A DNA stretch of 63,483 bases, the filler included. It is 4 parts of 4 records of this genome, joined end to end, with 100 filler letters (N's around TTAATTAATTAA, not from the genome) between each part and the next. Parts side by side here need not be neighbours in the genome. Positions count along the whole stretch, not along the records: positions 58,078 to 63,483 come from DRR723986_5455; 3 more parts are not named here. One strand, 5' to 3'. The position numbers were made by a program, and so were the translations under genes. Below are positions 58,078 to 63,483 of the stretch, in pieces. Numbering within the stretch: position 1 is the first letter of the stretch; each line of letters opens with the position of its first letter. The notes beneath the pieces were generated by a model. That model worked only from the letters and a program-made list of their open reading frames with translations. It did no database searches and had not been told where the DNA came from.

Positions 58078-58535
58078 GAATCGCCGAGCCAGTCGATTAT
58101 CGGCAGGCCAAGCCCCGCCAGGGTCTGATTGACAATCCCCAGATTGGGCTGCAACAGCATTCGCCAGATCAGCGCGACGGCGACTGGTGACATTGCCATC
58201 GGCAGGGTAAGCACCGCGAAATAGACACCACGCATCACGATTACCTGTCGAAGCATAAGCGCGATCGCCAGCCCGACAACGAACTCACCCATCACCGTGG
58301 CAACCGAATAGCGCAGGGTAATGCCGAGGGAGTTCCAGAACAGCGGTTCGGACATGATCGACAGGAAATTTCCGAATCCGGTGATGTTCAGCTCGGGACG
58401 AACAAGCGTCATGGACGAGAGAGAGATAGCCGCGGCATACAGCACCGGCAGGCCCATGACGACGCTCAGCATCGTCAGACCCGGGCCGGCGAAGCCCCAG
58501 CCCGCGCGCATCATTTCGGTTGTTCTCGTGCTCAT
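58078..58535 (-). CDS. sugar ABC permease (MalF-like), 3' end cut
   Basis: GFGNF......FWNSL..T, LP...SPVAVALIWR..L.P..GIVN. Confidence 0.88.
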
Positions 58536-58562
58536 CAAGTGTCTTTCGGTCAGCAGGAAGCG

Positions 58563-58593
58563 GGAGGCAGGCACGGGTTCGCCGCCTGCCTCC
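58563..58593 (-). terminator. intercistronic hairpin after the binding-protein gene
   Basis: GGAGGCAGG...CCTGCCTCC stem; no U-tract, so likely an mRNA stabiliser. Confidence 0.5.
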
Positions 58594-58603
58594 TTGACGT
58601 GCG

Positions 58604-59875
58604 TTACTTGTTCATCAGATCGGTAAGACCAGAGGCAGCCGCCTGAAGCGCCTCAGTAACGGTGGTGTCTCCGCTGGCAGCCAGGGAAACCTGAGTTCCC
58701 AGAGTGTCCTCGTATTGCGCCGAGTACGTGAAGATCGGGAAGGACTTTGCGCTTTCAACCACGGCCATGGCGTCCTTGTAGAACGGGTATTTCGCCAGCA
58801 CTTCCGGATTGGTGTAGACATCCGCGCGCACCGGAGCATGGCCTTCCAGTGCCCGCGCGACCGCAATCTCCTTGCTCTGGACCCAGGTAATGAACGTCCA
58901 GGCAGCGTCCTTTTCTTCCTGCGGGACATTCTTGGCAATGCCCCAGCCCCAGCCGCCACTTTCACCGTGACCGCCCGGCATGACCGAGAGCGCCACCTTG
59001 CCTGCAACATTCGGGCAGCTTTCCGCGTTGTCGATCTGCGGCAGCATCCACCAGTAGGTGACCATCGAGAACGCTTCGCCCGAACACATCAGCCGCATCG
59101 TGTCATCGAGCGTGGCTGACAGGGCGCCGGTCTGTGCAGCGTTTTTGATCGCATCGACGTAATGGTTCAGAGCCGTTTCGCCAGCTTCGGACGCAAGCAC
59201 GACATTGCCGTCGGAATCGAGGTAACTGCCGCCCGCGGAGAACAGGTAATTGGAGAATTCCATTGCGTTCGGGTCACCTTTTTGACCCTGCATCGCGGCG
59301 CCGTTGACGTTGCCCTGCGCCTTCATGAATTTGGCAATCCGCACATATTCCTCGAGCGTCTTGGGGGCTTCCAGCTCCTGACTGGTTTCGGACTTGTAGG
59401 CCGACTTCAACTCCGGGTCGCTCAACAGGTCGGTGCGATAGATCAGACCCATCGAATAATTGTACATGGGCACCAACGGCATGAAGTCTTCGCGATTTCC
59501 CAGAAGATCCATGGTCGAGGGAATGAAGGCCGCTATGTCGAACCCAGATTTCTCGGCATAGGGCTTGAGATCTTCAAGCCATCCCGCTGCCGGGAACTCG
59601 CCCGCCCAAAGGAAGTCAACTTCGAGCAGATTGTAGTCGCTCTCGCCACTGACCAGCTGGGCGACCAGCTTGTCGTGCATATCACCGTATCCGACCTTCT
59701 CGAACTCAACCTTGATGCCGGTCTCTTTCTCGAACTGAGGGAGCATCTTTTCGATGATCGACGTTTCCGGGACGTCTTCCATCAGCGCGCGCAGTGTCAC
59801 ACCGTCGGCAAGAGCCGTGCCGGCCCAAAGAGACGCCCCAAGGCCAAATGTCAGCGAATAAATAGTCTTTCTCAT
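58604..59875 (-). CDS. sugar/polyol ABC substrate-binding protein (CUT1)
   Basis: signal peptide; FEKETGIKVEF; YRTDLL; GGWGWGI; AAWTFITW. Confidence 0.92.
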   Translation of the reverse strand: MRKTIYSLTFGLGASLWAGTALADGVTLRALMEDVPETSIIEKMLPQFEKETGIKVEFEKVGYGDMHDKLVAQLVSGESDYNLLEVDFLWAGEFPAAGWLEDLKPYAEKSGFDIAAFIPSTMDLLGNREDFMPLVPMYNYSMGLIYRTDLLSDPELKSAYKSETSQELEAPKTLEEYVRIAKFMKAQGNVNGAAMQGQKGDPNAMEFSNYLFSAGGSYLDSDGNVVLASEAGETALNHYVDAIKNAAQTGALSATLDDTMRLMCSGEAFSMVTYWWMLPQIDNAESCPNVAGKVALSVMPGGHGESGGWGWGIAKNVPQEEKDAAWTFITWVQSKEIAVARALEGHAPVRADVYTNPEVLAKYPFYKDAMAVVESAKSFPIFTYSAQYEDTLGTQVSLAASGDTTVTEALQAAASGLTDLMNK

Positions 59876-59917
59876 TTCGTAGTCCTCGTCTGTAAGGTTT
59901 GACTGTTTTTATTGTTG

Positions 59918-60718
59918 TTATTTCACCGACCCGAAGGAGAGCCCTTCGACCAGGTATTTCTGAATGAATTTGGCCGCGATCATCAGCGGCAGGATCGCAA
60001 GCGAAACGCCCGCTGCGACATTGGAGATCTGCACGCCATTCGAGGTTTGCAGACTTGCCAGAGCGACCGGAACGGTCGCGGTTTTCGACCCGCCCAGGAT
60101 CAGGGCGAACAGAAACTCGTTCCACGACAGGATGAAACCGAGGACTGCCGCCGCCAAGATGCCAGGCGCTGCGACCGGCAGCACAACGCGCCAGAATGCT
60201 CCCCACCGGGTTGCCCCATCGGTCATCGCCGCGCCTTCAAGATCCTCGGGAATCGCTTCGAAGAAACCCATCAGAATCCAGGTGAGAAAAGGCAGATTGA
60301 CGGCGGCGTAGACGATCGTCAGACCGGTCAGCGAATTGGTCAGGCCGAAGTTCCGAAACAGCATGAAGGTCGGCAGGGCGAGCGCGACCGGCGGCAGCAT
60401 CTGGCTGGCAAGCGTCGCGAAACGTGCCAGCCGCCCGCCGGTGCGAAACCGCGCGAAGGCGTATCCTGTCATCGCAGCCAGCGGCATCGTGACGAGCACC
60501 GACAGGCTCGCAACGATCAGCGAATTCATGTAGTTGCGCCCAAAATTCTTTTCCGCGAACAGTGCACGGTAATTGTCGAGCGTCACCGACGGGAGGATTA
60601 CCGAACTGTAGCTGTCTTGCGCGGGAACCAGCGATGTGCGGAGCACCCACAGGATGGGAAAAAGCACGATTGCGACCGCCAGGATCAGGCCGATATGCGA
60701 TAGGATCCGCCTCCCCAT
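59918..60718 (-). CDS. sugar ABC permease (MalG-like)
   Basis: NSLIVA, GYAFARF, IPEDLEGAAMTDGA (EAA loop), SWNEF. Confidence 0.92.
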   Translation of the reverse strand: MGRRILSHIGLILAVAIVLFPILWVLRTSLVPAQDSYSSVILPSVTLDNYRALFAEKNFGRNYMNSLIVASLSVLVTMPLAAMTGYAFARFRTGGRLARFATLASQMLPPVALALPTFMLFRNFGLTNSLTGLTIVYAAVNLPFLTWILMGFFEAIPEDLEGAAMTDGATRWGAFWRVVLPVAAPGILAAAVLGFILSWNEFLFALILGGSKTATVPVALASLQTSNGVQISNVAAGVSLAILPLMIAAKFIQKYLVEGLSFGSVK

Positions 60719-60719
60719 C

Positions 60720-61820
60720 TCAGGCCTCCCTGCCGATTACATCGCCGCTTGCGGCGTCGAACAGATGCATGTGGCCGAGATCCGCATAAAGCGTGATGGT
60801 CTCACCGATCCGTGGCAGGAAGTGACGATCAACCCTAGCTGAAATGGACAGGCCCTCGGCCTCCACGACAATCAGGTTTTCAGGGCCCAGAGCCTCCAGC
60901 ACCGTCACGGTTCCCTGGAAGGCTTGCGCGCCGGGTCTGGGTTGGGTCAGGATGTCCTCGGCCCGCAATCCGAACAAAAGCCAGGTCCCGGCGGCCGCCC
61001 GGTAGAGAGCCGCCTCCCGCTCGGGCAATGGCCCGGCAATGGGACCCGCGCTGAGTTCCACCCTCTCGCCCACGACGGTCAGGTGCGCCTCTATCAGGTT
61101 CATTGCCGGAGCGGCGAGGAACTGCGCCACGAAGGTGTTTCGCGGCCTGGCATAAACCTCAAGCGGCGCGCCCACCTGCTCGATCCGGCCGTCGCGCATG
61201 ATGCAGATCCTGTCGCCCATCGTCATTGCTTCAACATGGTCGTGGGTAACGAAAACCGTGGTCTTGCCGACACGTCTGTGAAGCTTCACCAGCTCCTGAC
61301 GCATTTCGCCGCGCAGCTTGGCGTCAAGGTTTGACAGCGGCTCATCCATCAGGAAGACATCCGGCTCACGCACGATCGCCCTTCCGAGCGCCACACGCTG
61401 CCGCTGACCTCCGGAAAGGGCCGTCGGCTTGCGATCCAGATAGGGCTGGAGGCCAAGCACCGATGCTGCCTGTACAATCCGCCGATCCTGCTCGTCCCTT
61501 GGCGTCTTGCGCATCTTCATGCCGAACCGCATGTTTTCGCGAACGCTCATATGCGGATAAAGCGCATAGGACTGAAACACCACCGCCACATTACGGTGGC
61601 GCGGCGCCAAACGTGTCACGTCCCGCCCGGCAATGCTGATCTGTCCACCCGTCGTCTGCTCGAGACCGGCGATCATCCTCAATGTTGTGGACTTGCCGCA
61701 ACCGGACGGACCGAGGAGCACCATGAACTCGCTTTCCTCGATGTCGAGAGAGACGTCCCTCACTCCGAAATTGCCGAGGCCATAATCTCTGCTGATCTTG
61801 TTGAGCTTGATCTCTGACAC
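60720..61820 (-). CDS. sugar ABC ATP-binding protein (MalK-like)
   Basis: GTG start; [35 protein letters not shown]-like tail. Confidence 0.93.
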   Translation of the reverse strand: MSEIKLNKISRDYGLGNFGVRDVSLDIEESEFMVLLGPSGCGKSTTLRMIAGLEQTTGGQISIAGRDVTRLAPRHRNVAVVFQSYALYPHMSVRENMRFGMKMRKTPRDEQDRRIVQAASVLGLQPYLDRKPTALSGGQRQRVALGRAIVREPDVFLMDEPLSNLDAKLRGEMRQELVKLHRRVGKTTVFVTHDHVEAMTMGDRICIMRDGRIEQVGAPLEVYARPRNTFVAQFLAAPAMNLIEAHLTVVGERVELSAGPIAGPLPEREAALYRAAAGTWLLFGLRAEDILTQPRPGAQAFQGTVTVLEALGPENLIVVEAEGLSISARVDRHFLPRIGETITLYADLGHMHLFDAASGDVIGREA

Positions 61821-61876
61821 GTTGCGTCCCGTAAGGTAGAAGATATGACTTGGGTGACTATGCGCTGACCGCGGCG

Positions 61877-62677
61877 TTAGGTCATGTAAACGCCGCCAGT
61901 CACATTGATTGCCTGACCGGTCATGAAGCGCGCTGCATCCGAACAAAGAAAGACGACCACACCAGCGACGTCTTCAGGTGTTTCGATTCGTCCAAGGGGC
62001 GTTTGCGAGACATAGTCCTGCTGCACCTCTTCAGGTGACATGCCGCGCAGTTCGGCCTCCCAGGCTATCTCGCGTTCCTGCATCGACGTGCGTACGAAAC
62101 CCGGGCAGACCGCATTCACGCGAATGCCTGAAGGCGCCAGTTCGCGCGCCAGTCCCTGCGTCCAGCCGACCACGGCAAATTTGCTGGCCGAATAGTGAGC
62201 CAGCAACGGCGCCCCGACCTTGGCAGCGAGCGAGGCGGTGTTCACGATTGTCCCGCACCCCCGGTCCAGGAAGTAACGGGCCGCAATCTGGTTGGTCAGA
62301 AACACGCCGCGCGCGTTTACATCCATGTTGAAGTCCCAGTCGCGATCAGTCAGGTCGACTGCGCGCCGCATGCTGGAGACACCTGCGTTGGCAATGCAAA
62401 TGTCGATGTTGCCCATCGCTTCAAGCGCCGATGAAAATGCCTTTTCGACAGAAGCCCGCTCGCTGACGTCAACCTGAACCGCATGGTGCCTCGCACCCAG
62501 ACGCCTGGCCGCGGCCTCCGCCGTACCTATATCCAGATCTGCCACGGTCACCGTTATATCCTGGGCCGCAAGCGCCTGTGCGATCGCCCAGCCGATGCCG
62601 TTTGCAGCACCGGTGACAAAAGCGGATTTTCCTGCGAGCCCCGGATGCGCCTGGAGGGCTATTTGGTGTTCGTTCAT
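61877..62677 (-). CDS. NAD(H)-dependent SDR, probable polyol/sugar dehydrogenase
   Basis: TGAANGIG, ADLD (NAD-preferring Asp), NAG, YSASK. Confidence 0.9.
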   Translation of the reverse strand: MNEHQIALQAHPGLAGKSAFVTGAANGIGWAIAQALAAQDITVTVADLDIGTAEAAARRLGARHHAVQVDVSERASVEKAFSSALEAMGNIDICIANAGVSSMRRAVDLTDRDWDFNMDVNARGVFLTNQIAARYFLDRGCGTIVNTASLAAKVGAPLLAHYSASKFAVVGWTQGLARELAPSGIRVNAVCPGFVRTSMQEREIAWEAELRGMSPEEVQQDYVSQTPLGRIETPEDVAGVVVFLCSDAARFMTGQAINVTGGVYMT

Positions 62678-62694
62678 GTTTCACTTCTCCAAAA

Positions 62695-62798
62695 TTGATC
62701 AAAAGCAAACATACGTTCACGGATTTGACAAGAAAAATGTTTGATTTTGTTCGATTGAAATCTCATGTATGTTCTGATTTGATTGTTTTGTTGATTTT
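62695..62798. promoter_or_regulatory. DeoR-type operator repeats in the divergent promoter
   Basis: repeated TGTTTGATTTTGTTCGAT / TGTTCTGATT / TTTGTTGATT and inverted ATCAAAAGCAAACA. Confidence 0.45.
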
Positions 62799-62815
62799 AT
62801 GAAGAGACTGCCGAG

Positions 62816-63483
62816 ATGACAGACACCACGATCCATCCGACGCAAGACCCATCGGTCAAACGGGGCCGGACACCTGCCCAGGCGCGGCTAGCGGCAATCC
62901 TCGATCGTCTCAATCAGGGCGGGTCGGTTTCTGTTGCCGAGATTGCCCAGGAATTCGGTGTTTCGGATATGACCGTTCGACGGGATCTTGCCGAACTGGA
63001 AGGACAGGGCTTGCTTGAACGCGTGCATGGCGGCGCCGTCAGCCTGCAGCACGGCCCCCTGACGGTGATCGATGATGTCGAACCTTTGTTCGATGCCCGC
63101 CGGCGCCTCAACAGCGATGCAAAATCCAGGATCGCGCACGCGGCTGCGCGGCTGGTGGCGGACAATCAGACCCTGGCATTCGATCTGGGAACGACCGTGC
63201 TAGCCGGCGCACGAGCGCTGATCTCTTCCGAGCCCGCACCGGGGCTGCGCATCTTCACCAACAGCTTGCGGGTGGCTCAACTGGCGGCCGCGGCGTCGGT
63301 GCCGACCTACGTCCCGGGGGGGCTGGTCCAGCCGGGAGAGCTGTCCGTAACCGGACAAGCCGCTGTTGAGAATTTCTCCCGCTATTACTTCGATGCGGCG
63401 CTAATAGGGGCGTCTGGACTGACCCCCGACGGAGTGTTCGATTATTCGCCTGAGGAAGCCGCGATGAAGTCGGTTTACATTCA
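62816..63483 (+). CDS. DeoR/GlpR-family regulator, runs off the window (absent from the ORF track)
   Basis: my translation: R..AILDRL...GSVSVAEIAQEFGVSDMTVRRDL.ELE.QGLLERVHGGA...AFDLGTT...FTNSL. Confidence 0.92.
   Translation, partial: MTDTTIHPTQDPSVKRGRTPAQARLAAILDRLNQGGSVSVAEIAQEFGVSDMTVRRDLAELEGQGLLERVHGGAVSLQHGPLTVIDDVEPLFDARRRLNSDAKSRIAHAAARLVADNQTLAFDLGTTVLAGARALISSEPAPGLRIFTNSLRVAQLAAAASVPTYVPGGLVQPGELSVTGQAAVENFSRYYFDAALIGASGLTPDGVFDYSPEEAAMKSVYI

Overview
The window is not one locus. It is four contigs joined by identical artificial 100-bp linkers (44 N + TTAATTAATTAA + 44 N) at 24092-24191, 33341-33440 and 57978-58077, so synteny should not be read across them. Taxonomic guesses come from gene content and recalled similarity only. 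Contig 1 (1-24091, alphaproteobacterial, Hyphomonas-like) is a metal-redox island with IS-like ends. It carries a ~1880-aa MnxG-type multicopper oxidase, a beta-propeller lipoprotein, two His-rich SCO copper chaperones, a cytochrome c/periplasmic-binding-protein fusion and an adjacent 12-gene type II secretion system. That system has divergent sigma54-like promoters and shares a palindrome with the oxidase upstream region. Contig 2 (24192-33340, Roseobacter-like) has a zwf fragment, LysR, a dipeptidase with a peptide ABC transporter, and a galM gene whose 5' end is replaced by a highly structured non-coding element resembling an IS110 left end/bridge RNA. Contig 3 (33441-57977, Halieaceae-like gammaproteobacterium) has ppk1 with a consensus Pho box, two tandem sRNA-like units with anti-RBS seeds, uspE, fghA, a pspF-pspABC locus with extra small genes, gabD with an omega-aminotransferase, a redoxin/cytochrome c/Cu-monooxygenase/EF-hand fusion, glpK, an ALDH and an acyl-CoA dehydrogenase fragment. 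Contig 4 (58078-63483, alphaproteobacterial) is a DeoR-linked SDR and sugar/polyol ABC operon. All calls rest on reading motifs by eye; no searches were run.
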